NCBI GenBank assembly: GCA_965205025.1
Contig: CBDBFU010000021.1
Coordinates: forward strand, 32,001-96,000
DNA: 64,000 nt
Source of the DNA: Candidatus Poribacteria bacterium
GTDB taxonomy: Bacteria > Poribacteria > WGA-4E > WGA-3G
Direction of reading: 5' to 3'
Shown: positions 18,216 to 28,227 of the stretch, one piece after another
Layout of the letters: each line of letters begins with the position of its first letter
Position numbering within the stretch: the first letter of the stretch is position 1
Notes under the pieces: generated by a model
The model's input: the letters and a program-made list of their open reading frames with translations, nothing else
Told to the model about the DNA's origin: nothing
Databases searched by the model: none
Program-made: the position numbers and the translations under genes

Positions 18216-20492
18216 TTGCCCTCGCATTCACAAACCAACACATACGCTCACTACTACACTTTCAGGCTTTCTTCATCACAGAGCGTCACCATTGATCTGG
18301 AGTCCACCACCCCAAGTGATAACTACCTCCACCTCTACAACTACAGTTCTGGTCCGACACACCGAGCAGGCACACAGATCACTACTGATGATGATAGCGG
18401 CGGCAACCAGAATGCCGGTATAACACGGAGCCTTTCTGCATCACAATCCTATACCATTCAGGCAAGACCATTCTCAAGCACCACCGGTTCCTACACGCTC
18501 TCCATTGATCTTGCAGGTGTGACGCCTACCCCTACCCCGACACCGACACCAACTCCAACCCAACCAACCCAGCCGACCTGCTCGGCAACAACGAGGTCAA
18601 ACTGCGCTCTCTCAGAAACCACCTACGGCAACTCAAGCGGCTACTGCAACACTGCCTACGGCGACTGTCTCTACACCTGCAGCAATGGTTCATGGTTACG
18701 CACTGATAACTCCTGTACCAATACCCCTCCTCCTGAACAATCCTGCGGCTATACCGTCTCCTCACCGACTATTACAACGAGCGACCGCACCTGTACCGCC
18801 AGTCCGTATGAAGAAAAGCAAACCGACAGATGGAAGTATGTCTATCAGTATAGAATAGACGGCAATTGGCAGAGCAGCGGCACATTTGGCGATCTTAATA
18901 ACAATCAATCCTATACCATATCAGTCCAGCGGGCAAGACTTGAAGGATCCCACTGTTCCTCAGGCACCTGCAATGACAGCGGCAGGTGTGCCGGCAATGG
19001 CTGCACTTATGCCACCACCCCGCTGAGACCGACGGCATCTGCCGGTGACAGAACATGCACGATAAGTCACGCTGATGACAGTACCACTGCTAATGGTGTC
19101 TCTATCTACACCTATGAGTATCGCCAACAATATGGCACTGCCCAATCAAGCAGTGTGTTTACCGGCCTTTCAAACGCCAGCACCTATTATTTCCAGGTCC
19201 GCCGCAAAAACAACAGCGGCTCCTGTACCAGCTGGTCATCGTGGTCTACCGCAGTAAATTGTACTCCTCGCGATTCCAACAGTACTTGTTATAGTACCAG
19301 AAGACCGCAGTGGAGTACCAACTACGGCTGCCCGACGAGTGGTAAAAGCTACCAGTGCGGCGAAACCAGACCAACCAAAGTTTTCGCTCCCTGCATCACC
19401 GGATTAGACAGAAACTGCGCCGCGGTTGACTGCTCCACCCTCAGCACACCACAACCAAGTAAATCGTGCGGCTGTTGGGTAAGCAATTCTGCCTCCTGCA
19501 CCCCGAAACCCCCAACCCCTGTTCATGGCGGTTGGCGTCATCCCCCCGCAGAATCTGAAATTCCCTGCGGTGAGACCAAAACCTCAGAGTGTGACAACCC
19601 CGAACCAGCCAACGGCGGCAACCAATGCCCCACCAGCACAAAACAGACCAGAGTCGGAACGAAGTGCCAAACAAAGGCTGAGACATGTCAGGATGACGGG
19701 GAGGGAGGAAAAGAATGTAGGAGTTCAGATCCTCCCCTTTGCAACGCCAATAAATGCGGCTGTACCAATTATTTAAGCAAATACTGTAGTACCGTTACCC
19801 AAAACGGACAGGAAAGGGATGCTGTAAAATACTGCTTCTGTAGGATAGAGAATAATCAATGTGTAAAGGCCTGGAAAAATAAGACGATATGTGGTGATAA
19901 TGAGAGCTGTGCTAATCCTAAGAATTCCGACGCTTTCTGTGCTGCTCCCGGCAACTGTCCAACCCTCAATATCCCCACTGGTGGAGGTTGTCCCGCAGGA
20001 GAAGACTTCACTGACGAGGAAGATTCAGACACACACTACAAGTGGTACTGTGGTAGCACCAAATGTTCTGCTGAAAAAGGCTGCACCTCCCACACCGACT
20101 GCGGGGACTCCGAGTACTGTTCCGTCTGTAATATAAGAGGAGAATGTTCCGGTCGTGGGAGCTGTGAATCGTGTACCTGGGGAACAGAATGGTGTGAGGA
20201 CAATGCAATTAAACAGGCATGTAAAACAGGCATGGTGCTTGGATTCGGAGGAACAGGAAGAAAGCGGAAGTCGGACTCCTGCTCAGGTGACAAACCATAC
20301 TGTAGGCAAGGGGAATCGTACTGTACAGCGTGCAGGACTAATAACGACTGTTCCGGATCAACACCCTATTGCAGAGGGAAATGGTGTAACGAATGTACTA
20401 CTGACAGACACTGCCTATTAAAATCAGCGGCAAACCGCTACTGCGTAAAGGGTTCAAACGGTCAGCGCACCTGTGAGCGCACACGACAATAA
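18216..20492 (+). CDS. Cysteine-rich multi-domain extracellular-type protein (PPC-like, Pro/Thr linker, Fn3-like, thrombospondin-1-like), probably 5'-truncated
   Basis: YYTF...IDLES...DDDSGG (PPC), TPTPTP linker, YYFQVR...SSWS, VHGGW...CDNPEPANGGNQC (TSP1), C-terminal CxxxxDC repeats; no signal peptide or RBS; GC-rich. Confidence 0.75.
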   Translation: MPSHSQTNTYAHYYTFRLSSSQSVTIDLESTTPSDNYLHLYNYSSGPTHRAGTQITTDDDSGGNQNAGITRSLSASQSYTIQARPFSSTTGSYTLSIDLAGVTPTPTPTPTPTPTQPTQPTCSATTRSNCALSETTYGNSSGYCNTAYGDCLYTCSNGSWLRTDNSCTNTPPPEQSCGYTVSSPTITTSDRTCTASPYEEKQTDRWKYVYQYRIDGNWQSSGTFGDLNNNQSYTISVQRARLEGSHCSSGTCNDSGRCAGNGCTYATTPLRPTASAGDRTCTISHADDSTTANGVSIYTYEYRQQYGTAQSSSVFTGLSNASTYYFQVRRKNNSGSCTSWSSWSTAVNCTPRDSNSTCYSTRRPQWSTNYGCPTSGKSYQCGETRPTKVFAPCITGLDRNCAAVDCSTLSTPQPSKSCGCWVSNSASCTPKPPTPVHGGWRHPPAESEIPCGETKTSECDNPEPANGGNQCPTSTKQTRVGTKCQTKAETCQDDGEGGKECRSSDPPLCNANKCGCTNYLSKYCSTVTQNGQERDAVKYCFCRIENNQCVKAWKNKTICGDNESCANPKNSDAFCAAPGNCPTLNIPTGGGCPAGEDFTDEEDSDTHYKWYCGSTKCSAEKGCTSHTDCGDSEYCSVCNIRGECSGRGSCESCTWGTEWCEDNAIKQACKTGMVLGFGGTGRKRKSDSCSGDKPYCRQGESYCTACRTNNDCSGSTPYCRGKWCNECTTDRHCLLKSAANRYCVKGSNGQRTCERTRQ

Positions 20493-20590
20493 TAAATGCC
20501 CTACCGGTTATAGTTGTAGCAGGATACTTAGGAAGAAGTGGTGTAGTAAGTGAATTCTGCCGTCTTCCGACCGCACCCTACCCACAACCG

Positions 20591-20887
20591 CTATTTAGAA
20601 ACCTTCGGCAACCACGAGTTACACAACGACTCCAGCAAATCCGAGCCCGCGAACCCCGCGAGCAACGCCACCCGCCAATCGCCGTCAGTCAGCACACCCG
20701 CCACCCCGCCGACAACCACCGCCAACAGCAAGGAAAACAGCAGCTTCACCAGCTCAAACGGCTCCTTATCCCGCACCACATGTTTAGAAACACCCACCAA
20801 CCCCCGCACCAGCCCCCCGACCGCGCCGGGAACAACAGCAAGAGCAATAAACGAAGCATCAAAACTCATATACACACAGTATACCAC
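20591..20887 (-). CDS. Small glycine-rich membrane protein
   Basis: Three hydrophobic helices, GAVGGLVRGLVG...AGFAGSDLLE; likely start MSFD at 20869. Confidence 0.7.
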   Translation of the reverse strand: MVYCVYMSFDASFIALAVVPGAVGGLVRGLVGVSKHVVRDKEPFELVKLLFSLLLAVVVGGVAGVLTDGDWRVALLAGFAGSDLLESLCNSWLPKVSK

Positions 20888-20941
20888 TACTGTGAAAAAG
20901 AAACCGACTTCTGCACAGTGCCGTCACTAGGTATACAAAAG

Positions 20942-20967
20942 AAACGAGCAACTTTCGTTGCTCGTTT
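20942..20967. terminator. Intrinsic terminator hairpin
   Basis: aaacgagcaac-tttc-gttgctcgttt, 3' of the HExxH frame stop. Confidence 0.7.
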
Positions 20968-20982
20968 TAAGATCCAATATAA

Positions 20983-22232
20983 TCAATCATACTGGTTGGC
21001 GAGATACTTCTGGCACCACTTGAAACGGTTGGGGGCTCTTTTTTGTATCCCACCACCCAAAGATTCCTCTCCGACCATTCCAGTTTCCAGTTTCCAGTAC
21101 ATAGCACAGAATTCGGCGGCGTTCTCAAGTAAATCTGACTGGTAATAGTCACTCTGATCAAGCGTTCCCAGCCAATCTTTGCGCGGGATTTCTTGCAGAT
21201 CCTTTTCCCATGCCACTTTATAGGCCTCACCCTCAGGAGTGTTGCTCCATTTCCAGGCACGCCAACGACCATCGCCATGTAGCATAGCAACTGCATGTTG
21301 CCGCGCATGGGCGAGTTCGTGCATAAGGGTACTGTAATAAATTTTACCCCTGTCTTGAAGGGGGGGTAGACTCTAATAACAAGACCTCCGTAAGCCCCTC
21401 CTGGTACCCATGCCGAATCAGATGACTGATCAGCCATTCTATACAAGAGGTCATAGGGCAGTTTCTCACTCTCCAAAATAAAACGAACCGCGTCCGGCCA
21501 CCGTAATCCCATCAAGATAACACCGGGAGCATTGCCAAGACCTTCGCGTTCCTGGTATGCCGCATTGAAGACCTCATTTGGTCTTAAGTGTTGCAGCGCC
21601 GTTGGACGAGAACGGGAGACGATTACCTCTTTTGGCTCAAGGTACTGTCGCTCCACACGAAGGTGAAGCTCGTTCCCTGCCACATCTTCAAAGAGATAGT
21701 AACCGCCCTCATCGGTGACGACTTGCTCCCCTGTTCTCGGACCATTTGTTATGGTCACAAGTGCCTCTGAAACAGGCGCCACATAGTCAGCCATAGCAAC
21801 CTGCCCAACAAAATCCTCAGGGTTACTCTCCGGCGGCGCGTATTCTCTGTAAGGACCGGGAAAATCGAGCACCCATGCCGAAGGCGGTAGAATATCCGCT
21901 ATTGCCACACCCCGGAAATATTCTTGTGTTACCGGTTCTGCTGGCTCCGGCTCCGGCTCCGGCTCCGGTTTTTCCTCTTTTTTCGGCGGATCCTTAGGAT
22001 CCGGCTTCTTCACCTCACCGACCGATGTTATCGGTCCCGTCGGATCTCCCGGCTTCGGCTCAATAACTTCACCTCCACCGCTTATCACATCCCCAACTAT
22101 GTTTTGCTCGTTACAACCAGTAACAAGGACACTACAGAGAACAACAATTGCGAAGGATATCGCTGTCGTTATTGTATATCTTTTTATCAATGTATAATCT
22201 CCATGGCTGCTAAAGGTCATCTGGTATAGCAT
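20983..22232 (-). pseudogene. Lipoprotein with carboxypeptidase-regulatory-like domain and HExxH metallopeptidase, frameshifted at a C7 tract
   Basis: Lipobox VTGC, EP linker, VTDEGGYYLF; adding one C at 21360-21366 joins it to IYYSTLMHELAH...ENAAE in the 20983-21324 frame. Confidence 0.75.
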
Positions 22233-22325
22233 TTGATTCGGAACTCCTCTCCTACAGAAGAGAAGATTGGAGAACGGAATTCACTTCTATCCAAAAACCT
22301 AATGCTTAAATTGTCTCTTTATGAG

Positions 22326-22712
22326 TTACAATAGTTTAACTACCCATGTTGACAGACATGCCACTAAGCCTAAAATTAGTATCCAATTTCGTGTTTTATT
22401 AGATAAACTTTCCCAAATATATATTGTCTTATTTGGAAAAAATGCAACACACAACGCAAGTCCAATTAGTATAAAAGCAAAAGGATTGAACATATAGGCT
22501 TGCAAAAAATTCCCTTGCGTAATTGAAAGACATGCACGTGTCATTCCACACCCAGGACACGGTACGTTAGTAATTGAATGAAATAGACAAGGAATCAATG
22601 AGACCTGTTCTGGAACCAACCCAACCCAAGCGGAATAAATACCTACCCCGAACAATCCAATTATAAATACACGTGCCAGATTCTTATGGTTAACCATCTG
22701 TTGTGTCCCCAT
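22326..22712 (-). CDS. DUF2752 domain membrane protein
   Basis: PCLFHSITNVPCPGCGMTRA...NP. Confidence 0.9.
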   Translation of the reverse strand: MGTQQMVNHKNLARVFIIGLFGVGIYSAWVGLVPEQVSLIPCLFHSITNVPCPGCGMTRACLSITQGNFLQAYMFNPFAFILIGLALCVAFFPNKTIYIWESLSNKTRNWILILGLVACLSTWVVKLL

Positions 22713-23076
22713 ATAATCTATTTATCTGGTATTGTTGTATTGCTAAAGATGCTATTCCAATACCAAAAATTGCTAATAATACACATATAATTGGTAGGTT
22801 ATGATCATGTAATATATCGTTATTACTTTGTATCTCATTAATCCCACAAGCCATTTTGTATTCATAATATATTCCAAAAATACCACAAGTGAGAAATGAC
22901 AGTATTAACCATAGCCAAAAAGAGTAGTCATTTCTACCTAACCAGACATTTAATGTATCCATCTGTTTATATTGCCAATAGAGACCGTATATTCCACAAG
23001 TAATAATTGTAAGAAGTATCCCAACTAATATACTTCGTCTGCCATCAGCTTCAGGATATGGATATTGATTTAGCAT
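22690..23076 (-). CDS. DUF4234 domain membrane protein
   Basis: Duplicated LxxxTCGIY/FGxYW/Y motif and QYQIN. Confidence 0.85.
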   Translation of the reverse strand: MLNQYPYPEADGRRSILVGILLTIITCGIYGLYWQYKQMDTLNVWLGRNDYSFWLWLILSFLTCGIFGIYYEYKMACGINEIQSNNDILHDHNLPIICVLLAIFGIGIASLAIQQYQINRLYGDTTDG

Positions 23077-23103
23077 ATTAAATTCCTTTTAATTGTATTG
23101 TAT

Positions 23104-23216
23104 TACCATTTCTAAATAATGATTACCCATTAGCACTTGAAGAAACCCCCTAAATCCCCTTATCAGGGGGACTACTAAGAGTATTCATAATAGGAACTAT
23201 TTAAATAGAAATGGTA
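23104..23216. mobile_element. MITE with TACCATTTCTA terminal inverted repeats
   Basis: taccatttcta...tagaaatggta; interior ccccttatcagggggactactaagagtattcataat repeated at 53969-54003. Confidence 0.7.
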
Positions 23217-23289
23217 TAATGATGAATTCTACCAGACATTTATTCTTCAACTTTTAGAATTCTGAAATCAATGCCTGGTATTTTCAAAT

Positions 23290-24339
23290 CTATTTACGTG
23301 GTAATTGCACAGTGTTTGGTACAATTATTTCCCCTGCAATAATTTTCTGTTTTATCGTTTCGACCTGGTTTACAATATCATCAGTAAGACTCAATTGATT
23401 ATGTTCGTCTAAAGTATAGTCCACACCACCACCCTCAATACCGATAAAACGGATTCCTGGTATGAACATCCCGTTTACTGTTTCGTTTATGATTGTCTGT
23501 ACAGAGGAAGATATCCCTTTAACCATGCTTGTTAATACTATTCCAGGAGCGAGATGATTGCCATTTGAATCCACCCAAATGATATATTTCATTTGTTCTT
23601 TTGCTGCTTCAAGTACTCCTTGTCCCGAACCTCCTGCAGCAACATATATTACATCCACCCCATCTTCATATAAAGTTAATGCTATCTCCTTTGCTTTATC
23701 TGGTTGATTAAATCCAGTTACATCATCACTTATGTAGTTGACATATACTTGTATATCTTGATTAATTTCATGAATACCTGTGATATATCCTGCTTCAAAT
23801 TCGCGTATCAATGGAACATCAACTGCACCTACAAATCCAATTTTATTTGTCTTGGTCTTCAATGCTGCAATTGTCCCAACCAGAAAAGATCCTTCGTTTG
23901 ATTTATAGTTAACAGAAGCAACATTTGGTAGATCAATTGCTACATCAAAGATAGCGAATTTCACATTAGGAAATTTTGGTGCTACAGATTCAAGTATTGA
24001 TCCCATTTGGTATCCTGCAGTTAGAACAAGATCTGAATTTTGTGCTGCTTCACTTAATATCATTTCGGTGGCAACAGGATCCTCTTCCATGCCGTTTACT
24101 TCAGTAAGGTTTATCCTCAGTTCCTCCTGTGCTTTTTGGACTCCTATGTGAAATTCAGTACAGTATGCAGCAAATCCAACACAGTCATTTGGGTATACCA
24201 TTGTTACCCGAATGGAATCTGGTTTTTCTTGAGATATAATATCAGTTGAAACGACATTCTGTACATTTTCACAACCATTTAAAATAGTTAGTCCTAATCC
24301 AATTAAAATAAGTAAAATAAAAATGCATCTTGTGATCAT
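23290..24339 (-). CDS. BMP family ABC transporter substrate-binding lipoprotein
   Basis: Lipobox LNGC, EGSFLVG, KIGFVG, DVIYVAAGGSG and WVDSN. Confidence 0.9.
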   Translation of the reverse strand: MITRCIFILLILIGLGLTILNGCENVQNVVSTDIISQEKPDSIRVTMVYPNDCVGFAAYCTEFHIGVQKAQEELRINLTEVNGMEEDPVATEMILSEAAQNSDLVLTAGYQMGSILESVAPKFPNVKFAIFDVAIDLPNVASVNYKSNEGSFLVGTIAALKTKTNKIGFVGAVDVPLIREFEAGYITGIHEINQDIQVYVNYISDDVTGFNQPDKAKEIALTLYEDGVDVIYVAAGGSGQGVLEAAKEQMKYIIWVDSNGNHLAPGIVLTSMVKGISSSVQTIINETVNGMFIPGIRFIGIEGGGVDYTLDEHNQLSLTDDIVNQVETIKQKIIAGEIIVPNTVQLPRK

Positions 24340-24450
24340 GTTTACTCCATTAAATAAGAAATATAAAGAATAGAATTATTGTATATTCTAAAACTAAAGA
24401 ATCATCTTAAATATATATGAATTCATGTAATGTCAAATCGAAAATACATA

Positions 24451-24912
24451 TTATAGGTAACATTGATGGTAAATCTGATAAGGGTTAGTAGTATATACTC
24501 TGTAAATGACACGTCCAGAAAAATCAACCATATCTTTCATTCTATCAGATACTGCAGGATTGGTGATATGCTGTAGTGCAGATTGACGAGAAATCCATAT
24601 TGTCTCTAAACTTTCATCACTTGTCTCTAATTCTCCTGAGAGATAATCCCCCAAAAAGCCAAACATTACCTTGGTTGGAGATTTTATATTAGAGTAAATA
24701 CCTACCAACGAACCGATTGAAGCATTAATACCAGTTTCTTCTCGCACTTCTCGGATCAAAGCATCAATAATATTCTCACCTTCCTCAACCTGTCCACCCG
24801 GAAATTCCCATCCACGACGAGGACTTTTTATTAGTAAGATATTTCCATCTGGATGTCTGATTAATCCTGAGACAGCAACAATATGAGTAGGGTGGTTCAT
24901 AGTTGTTTCCAT
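24451..24912 (-). CDS. NUDIX hydrolase
   Basis: Nudix box GGQVEEGENIIDALIREVREETG. Confidence 0.93.
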   Translation of the reverse strand: METTMNHPTHIVAVSGLIRHPDGNILLIKSPRRGWEFPGGQVEEGENIIDALIREVREETGINASIGSLVGIYSNIKSPTKVMFGFLGDYLSGELETSDESLETIWISRQSALQHITNPAVSDRMKDMVDFSGRVIYRVYTTNPYQIYHQCYL

Positions 24913-24973
24913 ATATAGATAGAATTATGAATAAAAGGATAGTTAATGGATATGATTACAGTATGAAGAAATA

Positions 24974-26593
24974 TTATATACCTATTGCGTATCCATCGCG
25001 TCTTGGATCAGCGCCACCCATGAATGTTCCCTCTTCAGTATCAAATGCAATTCCGTGTCCACCGCCAACGGTTGCAGTCCAATCAGGTAATTCCTCCACA
25101 TCGTGTCCACGTGCAATCAATGCTTCTCGGATAGCCACAGGAATCCGTCCTTCCATGGCAACATGTGTTCCTGGATTGATTAGACGAATCCGTGGAGCTT
25201 CAATAGCAGCCTGAATATTCATTCTGTGCTCAATTAGGTTTAAAACCATCTGGAGTGTAGTCTGTAGGATTCCGTGACTACCGGGTGTGCCGATAGCAGC
25301 AAAGGGTCGATCTTTCTTCCATACCTGACATGGTGCCATACACATCTCAATTTGTTTATGTGGACCAATTACATTTGGACTGTCTGGTTCTCTATCAAAC
25401 CAATACATAAAATTATTTAAGAACATGCCTGTATTTCCAAGTATTGTCCCTGAACCAAATGGTTGACCAAGACTTTGTGTTACTGCCACGATATTTCCTT
25501 CAGCATCTGCAGTATCAAAATGTGTTGTACACTCCGTCGTCCAATCATCAGCGATTATCTCTCCTGGTAGTTTATCTTTTGTCCAACGTTCGCCGCCACT
25601 GATTGCAGCAGTTTCAGAAATTCGATCACGTAATGACTGTGCATGATCTTTAGATAAGAGTTTTTGAATGGGAGGGTTGGGTGTAGGTGCATATTCTGCA
25701 CGATCCGCACTTGCAAGTTTAATTGCTTCAATGAGAAGATGTAGATATTCTGCTGTATTATGTCCGAGATTACGCAGGTCGTCGTTTTCAAGAATATTGA
25801 ATGTCTCAAGATATTGGAATCCAGAACATGGTGGTGGCGGACAGAAAATCTTATAATCTTTGTATTCAATAGATAATGGATCTTGCCATTCTACCTTAAA
25901 GTCATTAAGATCTTTTTCCGTGATTAAACCATCATTTTCTTTAGAAAACCTTACAATTTCTTTAGCTATGTCACCCTTATAAAACACCTCAGTTCCACCT
26001 TCAGCAACCTTTCTAAATGTATCCGCTAAATCCTTTTGTATCAATAACTCTCCAGGTTTAGGTGTTCTACCCCGTGATGCTATTACTTCATCAGCTCTCT
26101 TTGAGAAATACGATTGTGCGCCGGCAATAAAATCAGCATTTTTAACTGTTACGGCATAACCATTCTCAGCTAATTCAATAGCAGGTGTAAAGACATCTAA
26201 AATGTCCATACTACCGTATTGTTCTAATAATGCTAACCATCCACCACAACCACCAGGAACCATTCCAGAACGTATACCAATCTTTTGTGAATCTTGTGTT
26301 GGAAAGGCATCAAGTGTCGCGTTATATGGAGCAGTTCCTAAATAATCAATCACATGGTGTATCTTATCTTTTGCACTATAGAGAAGGATATACCCATTTC
26401 CTGCAATACCAGACATATAGGGTTCAACTACATTTAGCGTAGATGCAACAGCAATTGCAGCATCAAAGGCATTTCCCCCAGCAAGAAGCATCCGAACCCC
26501 TGCCAAGCTTGCAAGAGGATGAGCACTTGTAACCATACCACGAGTACCAGTTACAGTAGATCGATGTGTTAAACCATGTGATGGGAATGCCAT
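24974..26593 (-). CDS. ggt: Gamma-glutamyltransferase
   Basis: GGNAFDAA, VEPYMSG, autoprocessing TTHF, GTPGS and GGADPRRDG. Confidence 0.93.
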   Translation of the reverse strand: MAFPSHGLTHRSTVTGTRGMVTSAHPLASLAGVRMLLAGGNAFDAAIAVASTLNVVEPYMSGIAGNGYILLYSAKDKIHHVIDYLGTAPYNATLDAFPTQDSQKIGIRSGMVPGGCGGWLALLEQYGSMDILDVFTPAIELAENGYAVTVKNADFIAGAQSYFSKRADEVIASRGRTPKPGELLIQKDLADTFRKVAEGGTEVFYKGDIAKEIVRFSKENDGLITEKDLNDFKVEWQDPLSIEYKDYKIFCPPPPCSGFQYLETFNILENDDLRNLGHNTAEYLHLLIEAIKLASADRAEYAPTPNPPIQKLLSKDHAQSLRDRISETAAISGGERWTKDKLPGEIIADDWTTECTTHFDTADAEGNIVAVTQSLGQPFGSGTILGNTGMFLNNFMYWFDREPDSPNVIGPHKQIEMCMAPCQVWKKDRPFAAIGTPGSHGILQTTLQMVLNLIEHRMNIQAAIEAPRIRLINPGTHVAMEGRIPVAIREALIARGHDVEELPDWTATVGGGHGIAFDTEEGTFMGGADPRRDGYAIGI

Positions 26594-26595
26594 AA

Positions 26596-26880
26596 TTAAC
26601 TCCTATTTAATACTTTTAATAGTTGATTCCACCCTAATGACCATAACAATCTTCTTTCATTAATGTTATGTTGACAAAGTATCTTGTTATCTATCTCAAT
26701 TACGGGAATATTATCCTTATACTTAGTAAATAAACCCATATTCTTAGTAATGTCAATTTCTTCAATCGAAATATATGACAATTTAGTTTTGATTCTATCG
26801 ATAACTATTTTTGCTTTATCACAGAGTTCACAGTCTGGTTTTGTATAGAAGTGTAGGTTAATCGGTTCAGTTTTCAACAC
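26596..26880 (-). CDS. Glutaredoxin-like (DUF836) protein
   Basis: YTKPDCELC...EIDI...IPV. Confidence 0.82.
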   Translation of the reverse strand: MLKTEPINLHFYTKPDCELCDKAKIVIDRIKTKLSYISIEEIDITKNMGLFTKYKDNIPVIEIDNKILCQHNINERRLLWSLGWNQLLKVLNRS

Positions 26881-27151
26881 GGTACCTGCGATAGAAATAG
26901 ATGTTTAGCATGAACAGATTAGATATTCAATAGGTAATGATTTCAATTCAGGAAAGGATATTGAAGGTTGATAGAAAATATCCTGTAATATTCCTCCAAT
27001 CCCTATATGAGTTTAGCACAAGGCACTAAATTTAGCACTTACTTTTCACATGAACTAATATGTGAGGTATGATAGAATCACTATCAACACAAGGTTTTAT
27101 TAGCAATTAATCAACTATGAAAACAATCAATAGAATTGTGGAGAAGATAAT

Positions 27152-28135
27152 ATGAGACTTGCACAATATGGTATTTCACATGACCATGCCTCTGGGAAAG
27201 CACGTGTGATGAAAGAGAGTAATGAAATTGAGTTTGCTGGTGTTTATGAACCATCAGATGAAGTGAGACAGACCCTTGGTAAAAGTGACACATACGATGG
27301 TGTTTATTGGTTTGAATCTAAAGAAGAAATGCTTAATGACGAATCTATAGTCGGTATTGCTGCACAAGGACGTGTATCTCAGAATCTTACCTTTGCTCGT
27401 GAGATTCTTGAACATGGAAAACACGTGTGGTTTGACAAACCCGCTGGAGATAATCTTGAAGAATTTAGAGAAGTGTTAGAGATGGCACAAGAAGATGAAC
27501 TACACGTCCAACTCGGTTATATGTTTAGATACAATGCAGGATTTCAGTTTATACTTGATTGGGTAGAATCAGGTAAACTCGGTGATATTTTTTCAGTCCG
27601 TGGAAGAATATCCTCTGGTCTTTCAAACGACAGTCATTGGAAACGGTGGGATTCCATTGGTGAACATTCAGGAGGAATAATGTTCATACTTGCATGTCAT
27701 CTCACAGATATTATTGTTGCTTTGTTGGGACGACCAACCTATGTGACACCATTTAGTCGACACGATGGTCATGATGTTCCTTGGTATAGAAACAATACAG
27801 CAGCAGTGTTTGAGTATCCAAGAGCATTAGCAATTCTTGAATCTACGGCATTAGAGATTGATTCAGGTAAAGCAAGACGATTGGAAGTATATGGAACCCG
27901 TGGTAGTGCGATTCTTGAACCACTTGAACCACCATCTCTACGGTTATGTCTTGATAGTGATCGTGATGGATTTGTCAAGGGATGGCAGACTGTTCCTGTT
28001 GAACCTCGACCACGTTATGTAGAAAGTCTACGTGCATTTGTTGCTGATATACGGGGTGAGAAATCTCCTGATCGGTCATTGGAGCATGAATTTATTGTAC
28101 AGGAGACGGTTTTGAGGGCAGCAGGGATAATGTAG
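27152..28135 (+). CDS. Gfo/Idh/MocA family oxidoreductase
   Basis: GKHVWFDKP, GYMFRYN, GKLG and CHLTD. Confidence 0.9.
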   Translation: MRLAQYGISHDHASGKARVMKESNEIEFAGVYEPSDEVRQTLGKSDTYDGVYWFESKEEMLNDESIVGIAAQGRVSQNLTFAREILEHGKHVWFDKPAGDNLEEFREVLEMAQEDELHVQLGYMFRYNAGFQFILDWVESGKLGDIFSVRGRISSGLSNDSHWKRWDSIGEHSGGIMFILACHLTDIIVALLGRPTYVTPFSRHDGHDVPWYRNNTAAVFEYPRALAILESTALEIDSGKARRLEVYGTRGSAILEPLEPPSLRLCLDSDRDGFVKGWQTVPVEPRPRYVESLRAFVADIRGEKSPDRSLEHEFIVQETVLRAAGIM

Positions 28136-28178
28136 TTTGAAATGTAAGAACAAAATAGACTACTTATTCAAGTTTGTA

Positions 28179-28206
28179 GTAGGTTCGGTATGTTAACCGA
28201 ACCTAC
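28179..28206. repeat. GTAG-type hairpin between convergent genes (possible bidirectional terminator)
   Basis: gtaggttcggt-atgtta-accgaacctac. Confidence 0.6.
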
Positions 28207-28227
28207 ATTCTAATGTTGTGGAAGCCT

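Noticed and set aside
20550-20930. 126-aa Thr/Pro/Ala-rich plus-strand ORF
   Set aside because: Antisense shadow of the GT-rich membrane protein gene
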